Notes under the pieces: generated by a model
Database searches by the model: none
What the model was told of the DNA's origin: nothing
What the model saw: the letters and a program-made list of their open reading frames with translations, nothing else
Program-made: the position numbers and the translations under genes
NCBI GenBank assembly: GCA_016748015.1
Contig: JAAOMT010000299.1
Location: 533,090 to 597,089 of the forward strand
Direction of reading: 5' to 3'
Length of the DNA: 64,000 nucleotides
From: Geosiphon pyriformis uo1
Lineage: Eukaryota > Fungi > Glomeromycota
Part shown: positions 26,554-39,399 of the stretch, in pieces
How the letters are laid out: every line of letters starts with the position of its first letter
Numbering within the stretch: position 1 is the stretch's first letter

Positions 26554-29500
26554 CTAATCTTGTCTTATTCTGGAGAGACAGTCAATATTGGTGTGGAGTT
26601 TTTCTGGTTTGTGATGTACTATGTATCAATAGTTTGCTAGAAATCCTGTCCATCGGGTTTGTTTTGTATTCAGCTGAGTATTTTTGTTCTGAAGTCATTT
26701 GAGTTCAATATTATCAGTGATAATATTGAATTTTTTAGGCCTGAGATAAAGGTTGAAGTGGTGTAGGGCCCAAATTACGGCTGCTGTTTCTAGTTCTGTG
26801 GCAGGGTAGTTTTTCTCAACTGGTTTTAATGTTCTGCTAGCATAAGCAATTACTCGCTCATTTCTGTTGTCATCTAGTTGTGATAAAATGGCACCAAAGG
26901 CAGTATACGAAGCATCTGTAGCTAGTCAAAATCGGTTGCTGAAATCCGGGTAGGTGAGAATTAGGGCTGTTGTCAGTTTTTCCTTGAGAATTTCAAAAGC
27001 TTTTTGGTGTTTGGTAGTCCATTTATATTCAACGTTTTTGGTGGTGAGTTGGTTGAGGGGTTTTGCAATTTCCGAGAATCCTTTAATAAACTTCTGATAG
27101 TAGGATGCTAATCCTATGAATCCTCTTAGTTCTGTAGTATTTTGTGGAACTTTGAAGTTCTTAACAGCACTGATTTTTCTTGGATCTGGTTTGACTCCTT
27201 CTTTACTAACTATGTGACTAAGAAAGGCCAAACTTGTTTTTCCAAAATGGCATTTCTCAATGTTTAGTTTTAATCCTGCTCTATGTAATTATTGAAAAAC
27301 TTCTCACAGGTGAATTAAATGAAGTTCAAAAGATGGGGAATAAACATCAGTGTCATCAAGATAGACAACTACTGATTTCCAAAGGAGTCCAGCATATACA
27401 ACATCCATGAGTCTTTGGAATGTTGTTGGCACATTGCATAATCCAAAGAGCATTACATTGAATTCGTAGTTTCCTCCTTGTGTTGTGAATGCTGTTTTGG
27501 AGTGGTCCTTGGGATCTATGGCAACTTGCCAGTATCCACTTTCTAGGTCTAATGTTGAAAAGTATTTAGATTTTCCAAGAGCATCTAACATGTCATCGAT
27601 TCGCGGAAGAGGGTAAGCATCCCCAATGGTGACACTGTTGAGTTGTCAATAATCAACACAAAATCATATCTTTCCATTCTTCTTTTTAACTAGGACCACT
27701 GATAAGGCTCATGGACTCATTGATAGTTGGATAAGCCCATTGTTAAGCATCCGTTGTACTTCTTTTCGGATAAATTGGTGGCTTTCTGGAGCAACTCAGT
27801 AGGCTTGTTGTCGCCTTGGTTTGGCATCTCCTGTATAGATTTGGTGTTGCACCAAATTGGTTCTTCCTAAGTCATTGTTGTTTTTGGCAAAAATATCGAC
27901 AAAATTTGTAATTAGTTTCTTGAACTGGTTTTGTTGTTGTGGTTCAAGTTGTCCCATGTTGATTCGAGATAGTTTTTCCATAACAATATGATAGTTTTCA
28001 GAGCTGGGGTTTGGGTTGATTTTTGATAGTGAATGTCCAATAATTTCAGAAAAATCAGGGACTGTTTGGGGTAATTCTTGTTAAAAGATGTTACTGTGAA
28101 TAATTCCAATTTCTAAGTTATTTAATAAAACTATGGGATAATTGTTGGGATTGTAAAAAGTAACTTGGACTTTCTTTGTTCCTTCTGGAATATAAATGTT
28201 TGGGATCAAGATATTATGTTTCAAGCAGATTTGTTCGTTTAATTCAAAAATTTGTTGTGTGGTTGTTGGCTTTTCACAAATGTAAATTTCAGGGTGTTCT
28301 CCAAAGGGTAAAATGGTAATTGGTTGTAGAAGTTGTAAAATCTGGTGAGATTCTTTTTGTTCATTGAGAGCTATGTTTACTGGAACTGTGAAACGTCCAG
28401 TTGAACCAAAACCTTGTGTTCCTCTTTTGCTTTTTCCCAATTGTTCTCTTTGATTAACTAATTGTAAACCCAAAATGTTGATTAAGGGTAAATAGATAGC
28501 TTGAGCAATTTTTTCAGCATATCCAATTTTGAAAGGTTTATCAGTTTCATTTTGTAACATGACTGTGATGTCTCCTGTGTATCCAGCATCAATGATTCCT
28601 CCTCTAACATTGATTTCTTTGCTTGCCAAGGATGATCAAGAAGCAATTTGAACCATTGCTCCTGGTGGAATTTTGAGGACAATTTTTAGGTTGATTTTTG
28701 TGAGAGATTTGGGTTTGAGAGTAAAAGTATCTTTTTCTGGATATCTTAGATCATATCCAGCATCGATCTCATGGGCTTTTTCTGGTTTTATTCCTTGTCC
28801 ATTGTTGTTGAAATATTAGAGTTGTAAAGCAGGCTGATTTTCGATAAGATAGGTGGGTGTTGTCTCAATTTCTTCTGTTGCTTCAAGTTCTCTGAATTCA
28901 ATTTTGTATTCATTATTTTCGCTGGGCAAGGGAATGCTAAGAGTGTAGCATTCAGAACACTACTATTTATCACAAAGCATAATGCATTCTTTACATAGTC
29001 TAATGTTCATTTGCTCTAATCATTGAATTTGAGCTTCTTGGGTTGGGTAGGTGTGACTTGCGATTTGGTGGTAGACTTCTACTTCGTCTTCATAATCGAA
29101 TCCAGCTAATTTCATGGTGTATTCAATGTATTCTGCTTCCTTCATTTGGCGAACATCTTCTTTGGTAGCTCCATTAATTAATGCCATTGCTAGGTCAAAA
29201 ATCATTTCGGCATCATGGAGGTAGTGATAAAGTTTGTTAAAAACACTGTTGTATGTTGTATTAAAAGATGTTCCTCTTTTTACTTTTTCTGAAATTGATA
29301 AAGCATATTGGCAGGTCTGATCACAGACTCCTCTTCTCATGGCTACATCAATCCAATTGCATTCTTTCAGTAGCATATCTCCACAAGTCAAACAAGGAGT
29401 GTTGTCCCATTTTCCGCTCCTTTTTATTAGATGGCCCCATTATTCTCTGTAGCAAGCCTTGCAGTAATAACAAGTATGATTTTCATATTCTTCTTCAGGT

Positions 29501-32190
29501 GAAATGCAGGCTCCCATTGACGATAGTTTCTTGTGGCAGTCCTTACATTTAAAAGGAATATAGGAGCGTTGTTTTCTTGGTTCAGGTTTTGAGTAAGGGA
29601 TATTTCATCCAGAGGTTTTGGGTTCAGAGTGTGGAGTAAAATGTTCTTGTTCTGTTTTATTGGCCCAGTTGGACATTGATCCAAGAGCCATAAATGTTTC
29701 AATGAGAGGTTTTTCCTCTTCCAGTTCGAATTCAAAAGCTGGGGCTTTTTCAGAGTGTTTGTTGAATGTACCACAAGTGGCAGGTACTCGGACGTGTTGT
29801 TTTTGGTAGGAGATTGTTAACTCTTGTGTTTCCCAATTCAAATTAGCATTGGCTTTTTGAAGCCAATCATTTTCAATAAGAGCTTGGTACTGAGATGCGT
29901 CCATTACAAGAACTTTGACTGGAATGGTGATTCCATCAAAAGTGAATAGAAAATTGTCAATTTCTCCTACTGGGATCTTTTTCATGTCATCAGCAGTGAC
30001 AATTACTGTTTGAGCTGGTTGGTCGACATTTCTTTTCAACTGTTGCATTAACTGGTAGGTGATAATGCTTCCGGCAGATCCACTGTTTAGGATCAAGCGA
30101 ATTGTCTTTTCTTTGACTTTGGCTTCAGTGTACATGGTTGTGATTGCTTTTTGTTCATTGCCAGCTGCATTGCTAAGCAGAAATGGTGACTCATTTGCTT
30201 CGAACTCAAAAGGGAATATATCTAAAAGGTTAGTGTTTTCAGCAATTCTGGCTGGTGAAATTGTGGTGAGAGTATAGAAAGGGTTTTGTTGTTGTGCTGC
30301 AGCTCTACCTTCCGAAAGTGCAGTATAGTGAAAATCCTGTTCTTCTGGCATTGTGAAATAACTGGGTTAAGTGTGATAGTGGTTGGGTCTTGGTTGAATG
30401 GAATTTTGGGAAACCAATTGGTTGTTCAAATTGATTCTATTGTTGTTTACTTGGTATCAGTTTTGTGGTGTGAATTGATTTTGTGTAATCAGTCTTCGAG
30501 CAGATACTTGATAATGTTGTGTGGGTGGTTGTTGGTATTGCTGTTGGATTGGCTGTGGGGTGGACTGATAATAGTTATTTTGGTATTGGGGTCTTGGTGG
30601 ATAGTAAGCTGGTGGTGGTGGTTGATAATAAGATTGCTGTGATGGAGGGTAACGTTGATTACTCCTATTTTGTTGGTCTCGTTGTAGCTTTCTGCAATCT
30701 TTTTTCCAGTGGCCAGAGATTCCACAGTAATGGCAATTTTGAGGCTGGTTATTAGAAAGTGGTGTAAAGTTATTTTGATTTCATCTTTGGGGTGGTTAAT
30801 ATCTTTGGGGTTGCTGTTGTTGTTGATTGGTGAAATAGTTTTCAATCTTCTTTGTGAGTTGGTCAATTTTTTCCTCAGCTGCTGAGCTGGTTTCTCCAAT
30901 TGCCAAATTTACAAGTTTTGTGTGGTTGGCCTCTTTCATGGCCATTTCGTATCTTTTCACATGGTGTATGGCAGAGTTTAAATCTTCTGGCACATGTGGG
31001 CGAACCTTTTTAATTAGTTTATCTTTTAGACCAGTGATAAATTGATCCAAGATTTGAGCATCGGAATAATAATCGTTTGTTTCGAGTTGGCGAATTTGTC
31101 TGAGAAGTTTGTTGAATTTCCCAATATAAGTCATAACAGATTCAGAGGGTTCTTGTTTGATATTTTGAAAACGATTGCGAAAAGTGATGGAGGTATTATT
31201 GTCAGTGAACTGTTCAAGGAAGACTGCTTTGAAAGCATTCCAATCATTGAATAGAGTGGCCAAGTTTTCAAACCATTCTTCTGCTGTTCCTTTGAGAAAG
31301 TAGGGAATTGTTCTTAACATTCTGGCAGCATTCCATCCATTTGCATCTCCAGCTTTAGTAACTTGGTCGAGCCATTCTTGGAGACTGATCTCAATGTCTT
31401 TCCCATTAAATTCCGGGATTTTTGTGATGTATGTGGTCATTTTGTCTTCTTTGTTTTTACTGTCTATTGATTCTTCTTCAGATATTTCAGGTTCGTTTTC
31501 TTCGTTCGCTACTGTCTCAGAGTGTTCACTTTGATTTTCAGCTAGAAAATCAAAGAGATTGGAACTAGTTTGAAGGGGTTCTTGTTGTCTGATGGGACTT
31601 CTGAGTGCTGTAAAATCTTCTGGTCTTGCAAATCGATTCAAGGGTAAATTAGATGTTTGTGCTTATGCAAGTGAAGCTGGAAAAAGTGTGATAGTAAGTG
31701 GAAGTTTTGAACTAGTTCCTTGTTCAGGTGTTTGTAAATGGTTGGCAGTTGTTTTCAGTAGTGTTGGAGTATTTGGGTTGGTTCTTGAGTATTGCTTCAA
31801 TTTGTTTTTGCCTTTGTTGTTTGTTTCTGTTTCCAATTCAAAATTAATAGTGTATTGAGACTGTACTGGATATGTTTCTTCACAGTATTTGATAATGTTA
31901 AAATTAAGTTCATAAAAGTAAGTGGCAAGTGTTTCACTGTTAAGGTCTTCAGTTCCCAACTGTGAATAGTGTGCTAAATTATTGTAAAGATTGCTTCTAA
32001 CTTCTGAGATATTGTAATTTCCAAAAAAATAATTGTTGATGTGGTTTTCAATGTATTGGTATACTGATTTTTTGACAATTTCAATTCCATTTGGAATGTT
32101 AAATCTTTGCTTGCAGTGGGTGTAAATTGACTGGTAATACTCTAGAGTTGTTGTGTTTGGTGTGGTTGCTACTTTGAAGTTGTTTTTGCT
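26554..32190 (-). pseudogene. Element C gag-PR-Cys-rich-dUTPase-RT-RNaseH
   Basis: Retrotransposon gag (IPEFNG, W..A), CCHC knuckle near 30700, PR LILNSGSAGS, AGYDL/GIIDAGYTG/KIAQ/RGTQGFGSTG, RT LDLESGYWQ and YLDD, RNase H ending DCLSRIRQD*. The start is approximate. Confidence 0.9.
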
Positions 32191-33565
32191 GTGTTGTTTC
32201 TGTAAGAGAGCACCAAATGTTACCGGAGGTTTTTGGTCTCTTTTCTTAAATGTTGTCGATGCTTGTTTGCTGTGAATTCACGTTTTCTGGATGTGGTTGA
32301 ACCTTCAATAACTGAATTTATCTTCAAATTATCTCCTATAATTTGAACTGCTGGGCTTATAAGTGGAATGGCCAATTCTGTGCCAGTTACTTTATGTAGT
32401 TATGTTGTAGTAAACGTCAACTCTTTTCCAGAAATTGCTTGTCTGGAAGCTCACTAAAATGTATAGTTACTTTGTTGTGAAAGTCAACTCTTCTACAGAA
32501 TCTTGTCTGTAGGCTACCCTAATGATTATAATAAGAAAATAAAAAGAAAATAAAAAGATGTAAAAGAAATGGAATTCTGTCAAGGGAAACGTTTTCAATC
32601 CAGGCCTAAAGTCACTAACAGTTTACTGAAATTGGTAGCTAATCAATTTCAAAACGTTAGTTGGGTTTTAAGGATTTTCCAAGTGCAATAATTTAAAGAG
32701 TTTGGTTTTCGAATTATTTGATATTTATTTCTTTTTGTGTGTGTAAGAATGGTTCTAAGTGATAAATCTAAAGTAAGATACATTTTTTCGAAGAGAGAAG
32801 CTCTTCTTTTATACAACTTGTCATAACACTATTCTATGAACTTGAACTTTGTTATTTTCTACAATTTTGCTGAACTAAAAATACATTTTAGCAAACTACA
32901 AGTTATTTCTGCGAACTATTAGATATTTCGGTGAACTATCAATTATTTTGGCAAATTTCTATAAATTTTGGTGAACTTTTGAATATTACATAGTTCGGGG
33001 TAATGCATGATTGATTATCACAATTTGTGTTGTGTACAATTTGGGTTATTAATTAAATGATAATTTCAGACATTTTTGCTAATGTAATAAGTGATAATTT
33101 GAAACGATAATATATGCTAATTAATGATAGAAATTATAAGATAGTTTCATGCTAAATGATATCTCTAATTTTGTCTGGTAACAGTGGCAACATAGTAAAA
33201 TTGACTGTCTGGGAATAGACTTCATGATAGTCTGGTAAAAGAGAGAAGCTCCCCCTAAGTTTTGGATATTAATATTATCTTGTTAGCTTACCAGAAAAAT
33301 GAAAAGACAATGCCAGACCCTAATGACTGTGCTCATTAGCTCAGAGAAGAAAGCTCACATTTACGAAAAACATTGTAATCGACAAAAGACAAACTCTGTG
33401 CCTTATAACCAAAGAACTCAACAGATAAATTCACATCCAGGAATAGACCTTCAGAGACTGATAATCAAAACTAAGCCAACAGAATTATGTGGAAGATGTA
33501 TCATCCATAATTGAGAGCACCAAATGTTACTATTTCCCATACCCACCAAGTTTACCCATAACATT

Positions 33566-33582
33566 TGGTGCTCCCTGTGAGG
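33566..33582 (+). promoter_or_regulatory. Primer-binding site of element B (TGGTGCTCCCTGTGAGG)
   Basis: Lies 2 nt after the LTR end and starts with TGG (complement of tRNA CCA). A near-identical PBS occurs in A1, A2 and C. Confidence 0.85.
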
Positions 33583-33625
33583 TTATAAATCCACAGAGAC
33601 AAAGCACCCCCAAAAATACATTAAA

Positions 33626-36600
33626 GTGACGACTATTGAAACAATAGGAAAGAACCACTCCTCATATGGAAAAGCACTATTTCAATACTTTCGAAAAGAC
33701 TTAGGAATACCAACAGAAACCGCTTACACAGAAAGTGATTTTTGTAACTATATCAACGCAAAAATTGACTGCTTGTTAGGCCACGCAACTGATACAGAAA
33801 GACTTGGAGAACAAATCCATCAAAGCTTACTAGGATACTCAACAGCCACAATTACCCAAGCAATTGCTGAAACTCTGCACATAATCGATACAGACATTAA
33901 ATATTACGTGGCACAACAATTCTCTCAAGTACAACAACTAGTGGAATCTGACCCTGAGGAATATGAAAACACATCCAACAACGCCGTAACTGCCCAAGCC
34001 AAGTCTATGGTCAACAAGAAACCAAGGGTTCTCTTTTCAACAACTCCATCATACTATCAGACACTCCAGAGTAGAATTGTATTCAACCCATCCCTGGAAA
34101 CCCAGTTAGAAACACCACAAACTCCTGGAAATCCACACTTTTGGAATTAACACAGTTGGACCAAATCACTAGGAAAATATGAATTGCTGTTTGGAAATCT
34201 TACCCCAGCAGCCGGTCAAACAGAAAGAAACCTGTCAACTTGGGAACAGCCACCAGCACAAAATCTAGTAGAATCAGCATTTCACCTGATGGAAGAAACA
34301 GCTATCTTACAACCTATTGGTTCAAGCAACAAAGGAAAGCAACCAGCATTAGCACCCAAAAAACACTTGAATACGTGGACACCAATCCCTTTAAACATAA
34401 CCAGTAACACCCCACCCATTAACCGGATCATGGCTTACCAGGATATCACTAAATTGGAAAAATTCTCTGGTGAAGAAGATAATGCATATTCTTGGATTGC
34501 GGATGCTAAGAAAGCAATTACCACTAATGGTTGGAACGACAACTGCACAATTCAGGCACTGCTGTTTTTTCTGACCAGAACTGCTGATTCTTGGTACCAA
34601 AGCCTCGCAGAGAAGCCTACCTCCTTTACCAAGTTTAAACTTGCATTTCTGCAATACTTCTGTGACCCCAATACGTTAATCCAATTGCAGAATCAATTCA
34701 GTATAATTAAACAAAAAGATCACGAAGCAGTAACTACTTATTTCAGACGATTCAATCAAATCTTGCATCAAATATTAGCTATCAAAAGGGACTACTACAC
34801 CACGGCACAAGTTCTTAATCAATTCATTAAAGAATTGCAAAGTGGTATTCTAAAATCCATAAGACCTGCTATCTGACCAGTTTACAAGACGCCGTCGCTC
34901 TCGCTCGCAATTTTGAGTCTGCAGAACAAGAAGCGAACCATACCCAAGCCGTTAATTTAGCCATTAATGGAACCTCTGACATTGATGCAAAGATAATTCA
35001 ATTGAGTGAGAAACTAACTCAGAAAATTGAGGGATTCTTAGCCGGAACTACAGGAACTTACCAACCACCCCAATGAAAAGAAAATAACAACAACAGTAGA
35101 TACCCACAGCAACAGAACCATCAGCAACAGCAACAACCTTGGAGATCCAATCCCCACAACTGTTACTACTGCCAGAAACCTGGACACATCGCCCATGACT
35201 GCAGAAAGAAGATCATAGACCAAAATCAAGGAAACCCATACTAGCAACCCAGATATCAGCAAAACATGGTACCCCAATATTCCATACTTCAGAATCAACC
35301 ACCCCTATACACACAACAAGTCCCGTACACTCAACCACCACCAATGACACAAGCAATTCCTCACTATCAAACTTCCTCTTACAGCCTGTCCAGACCTCGA
35401 GCTATAGATTATAATCAGGGATGGAAAAATCCCAACAACAATCAAGTGCAAACCAACAGTGAACCATCTCGACCAATTCCTCGCAGTCCTGCCCAATTTC
35501 GACCAATACCAACTGGATACCCGAATCAAGCTTCCTATCTCAGTCTTATGGAAGACCAGAGTTTTGATAAATCTACACCTGTGGAAGGGAGGGATATAGA
35601 ACAAATCTCCCAACCTTCTAAGCAAACAAAAAGCAATATCCCACTAGTCACTATTACTAAAGACACCACTCTAGCCACCATATTTTCTTTTGACATCGAT
35701 AATTTGAACACCCATAGCCTTTTTAGTGGAGCAGTCATCAATCAAGATAAACCAATAATGGCCCTATACACTGATGCCAGAATTGGAAGAATAGACATTA
35801 AATTAATCCTGGATAGCGGATCAGCTGGTAGCATAATCACGAAGCAGCTCATGGACCAACTAGGTTGCCAATAGACTGTGCCACTACCGTCTGGATTATT
35901 ACAGTGGATGGAAACACAAAAATCCCAATAGAAGAAATTGACAACTTCCCTTTTGAAATTAATGGAATTCAAATCTCTACCAAAGTACTCATTATAGAAG
36001 CTACTCAATATCAAGCTCTAGTAGGAAATGATTGGTTGTCAAAAGCCAATGCTACTCTTGACTGGAACACCCAAGAACTTCAACTCATGTTCAACAGACA
36101 GCATGCCCGAGTTCCAGCTACATGTGGACACTTTAAAACCCAACGTACTGAGAAACCCCTTATTGAATTCAAAGACACATTAATGCCACCAACCATCGAG
36201 ACCTATTAGGTTTCATGGACAGATGATTATCAAATTAAACTACCCCTACCACCAACCTGAGAAGAAAAAGGAAAAGGCAGAGCCAAAGAAGAACCCCAAT
36301 CGTCATCACTAGAATACATAACCTCGGACCAAAGAAACTTATTTTACCAACTTCCAAGACTAATATGTGTTGATTGTGGAAAAAAACTATCCACTATGGG
36401 TGTATGTATCAGAGACAATGAAAAATGACCCACCGCCACCAAATACTATTGCAGATCTTGTTTACTGGAAAGATTTAGACAACCAAAACGATGAGACAAG
36501 TGGGACAACACATCATGCCTTGCATGTGGTGAAATCCTGCCAGATAAAGGACTCTGGAATGATATGTCTGGCAGAGGAGAAACATGCGACAAGGCTTGTC

Positions 36601-39389
36601 AATACACCATATTAATCAACGATTGGGTACGAAAAAGAACCTCCATCGAGGATGCTTGGAAACAAGCCCTCAATAGGCTGGACAGTTATCCACACAATGA
36701 CCACAAAATCTGGAGAATGGCAAGTGCCAAGACCGAAGGTGCCATGCCCAAAGAAATATGAGAAATCAAGGACAACTCTTGGATGTCCGAATATAATAAA
36801 CCTGACTACTCTGAGGATGATTTCTTTACAGATGACCCAGACACATTTCAGAACTGATATTAGAAATTGGTCCCAACTCACGAAGAACAGGAGCAAAGGT
36901 TGGTCGATTTGAATACCAAACTGTGCAATCACTGTTTGATCCCCTATTATTTCCAGTACTGTAATGAATGTGATTTCATGTTCAATCTACCTCCAAGAAT
37001 ACTGTTTCTAATCACCGAATTACCTGAGCCCAAAAAAGAGATATTGATTACAGAGGACATGTCATTTCAAGATTCAACTAAGGATACTGAAACAAAACAG
37101 TATCTTGCATATCCTGACCTATCCAAAAAACTAGAGCTAAAATGGTACAGTAACAACGAGGAAAGAATCTGCCCCAAAAGAGCACATAACACCAATACCA
37201 GTTTTGACCTACAATACCCTGGACAATCACTCATCATTATAGCCTCACATTCCCTCATAAAAATAGATTTTAAGATAGTGTTAGAAATTTCTGTTAGTAC
37301 AATGGTACAAGTTGTCTCTTAATCTAGTCTAGCCAAGAAAAAAATCAATGTAAAAGGAGGAATCATTGATGCCAGTTACATGGAAAACATCATCATGATG
37401 CTACAGAACAATTTGGACAGACCTTACAAAATAGAATCACAAGAAAAGATTGCCCAAGTTATCTTCCTACCTCTAGTCAAAATACCCCAATTAACTCTGG
37501 TAACAACCTGAGAAGAGTTAGGCCTCACTGCCCAAGGAATCAATGGGTTTGGATCAAGTGAAAGAGGAAACATACCAGTTAACTTCATGGAGGAAGACAG
37601 TGACCAGGTAGAATTTATCAACACTGACACTGTCATCTCCATTCCTTCATACCAACAATACATTCTCAAGGTGAATCAAAAGATTCAAGATCAAGCCCTG
37701 TTATTTGAAGCCAGTCCCGAAATCTGTTCCCTAGCCGATGTTGCTAATCTATACCTACTGGCCAAAGCTTATAAACACTTCAAAATCCTCATCTACAACC
37801 CGACAGAAGATGTCATTGAAATCTCCAAAGGAACTCTCGTCGGTTCTATATCCACAGATATTCAGAATCCTGAAAAACCCCAGTCCATTCCAGATTTCGC
37901 ACAATTATTTTTATTCTATAACATTACCTCACAAGTATGGAATTTGCCAAAAAAAAGTTACTTGTTCACACCAGAAGAGATCAATAAATTGAATGTAAGA
38001 AATTTAAGTACCCTGCAACAAATACAACTTAAAGTCTTTCTGAATCAGTATGCCAATGTCTTTGCCAGTGAAAATGAGTTTGGATGCACCAACATTGTGA
38101 AACATCAGATTGATACAGAAGACGCTCGACCAATTAAGCAACGAGCTTACTGCATACTTCTATCTGGCAATAATCTAATTAAGCAAGAAGTGCAATGAAT
38201 GCTTAATAACAGCTTAATCAAAGAATCATTAAGCCCTTGGTCCTCTCCAGTAGTCTTGGTCACCAAGAAAAATAGAAAAGTGCAATTCTGCATAGATTAT
38301 CGAAAACTAAATAGCGTCATGTGAGGAGATAGTTATCCTACTCCCCTCATCCAGGAAATTCTGGACAATCTAGGGAAAAAGAAATAGTTCTCATCATTAG
38401 ATTTAGCAAATGGTTACTGGCAAGTTGAAATGGACCCCAAAAACAAAGGAAAAACAGTATTTACCACTCGAGACGGAAACTTCGAGTTTAATGTAATGTC
38501 TTTTGGACTTTGTAATGCTCTTGCCACGTTTCAATGCCTGATGAATGTAGTATACAAAAGAATCCTTTGGAAATCAGTAGTAGTCTACCTAGATGACACA
38601 AACATGTTCTCTAAAACATTTGATGACCATCTGCTCCATCTGCAACAAGTCTTCGAATGCCTTCATAGTGCCGGATTAAAACTCAATCCCGAAAAGTGCT
38701 TCTTTGGAAAAACTGAGTTAAAATTCCTAGGACATGTAATCAGCAAGGACGGAGTTAAACCTGATTCAGATAAAGTACAAAAAGTCAAGGATTTTCCAGC
38801 ACCAATCAACCTCAGAGAATTATGAGAATTTCTAGAATTGGCAGGATATTATCGTCGATTTGTCAAAGATTTCTCGAACATCACAAAACCACTCCATCAA
38901 TTGTTGTCCAAATATGTACCATACTTGTGGAAAGAAGATCAACAAAAAACATTCAACTATCTCAAGTAGCAATTGATCACATCCCCAATTTTGATTTACC
39001 CAGATTTCACTAAATGGTTCATTGTCACTACAGACATCTTGAAAAATGCTCTAGGAGCAGTCTTATCACAGATAGGACCAGACAATAGAGAACACCCAGT
39101 TGTCTATACTAGTCGCAACACTAGTCCAGCAGAAAAAAATTACAGCACAACAGATCTGGAATGTCTTGCCATTTATTGGGCCATACAGACTTGGAAACAT
39201 TACCTCAGTCAACCATTTGACCTATATACCAACCACAAAGAACTTATTTGGTTACTCAACAATCCACAACTAGAAAAAAAATATGCGAGATGGAGTACTT
39301 ATCTGCAACAATTCCCACTCAAAGTCTATTACAAGGAAGGATCCAAGAACACCAATGCCGACAGTTTGTCGAGAATGCCACAAACCTAA
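33626..39389 (+). pseudogene. Element B gag-PR-Cys-rich-dUTPase-RT-RNaseH
   Basis: gag LEKFSGEE, CYYCQKPGHIAHDC knuckle near 35160, LILDSGSAGS, dUTPase at about 37160-37570 (GGIIDAS, KIAQ, GFGSS), YLDD, RNase H ending NADSLSRMPQT*. Confidence 0.9.
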
Positions 39390-39399
39390 TCCCAGACCC

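Larger units (their letters stand above)
23330..33183 (-). mobile_element. Ty3/gypsy LTR retrotransposon C (dUTPase-bearing), inserted antisense in the B 5' LTR; innermost and youngest
   Basis: 5' LTR 32218-33183; 3' LTR 23330-24306; TSD GTGG at 23326-23329 and 33184-33187; PBS TGGTGCTCTC just inside 32218; PPT AAGGAGAAGG. Confidence 0.94.
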
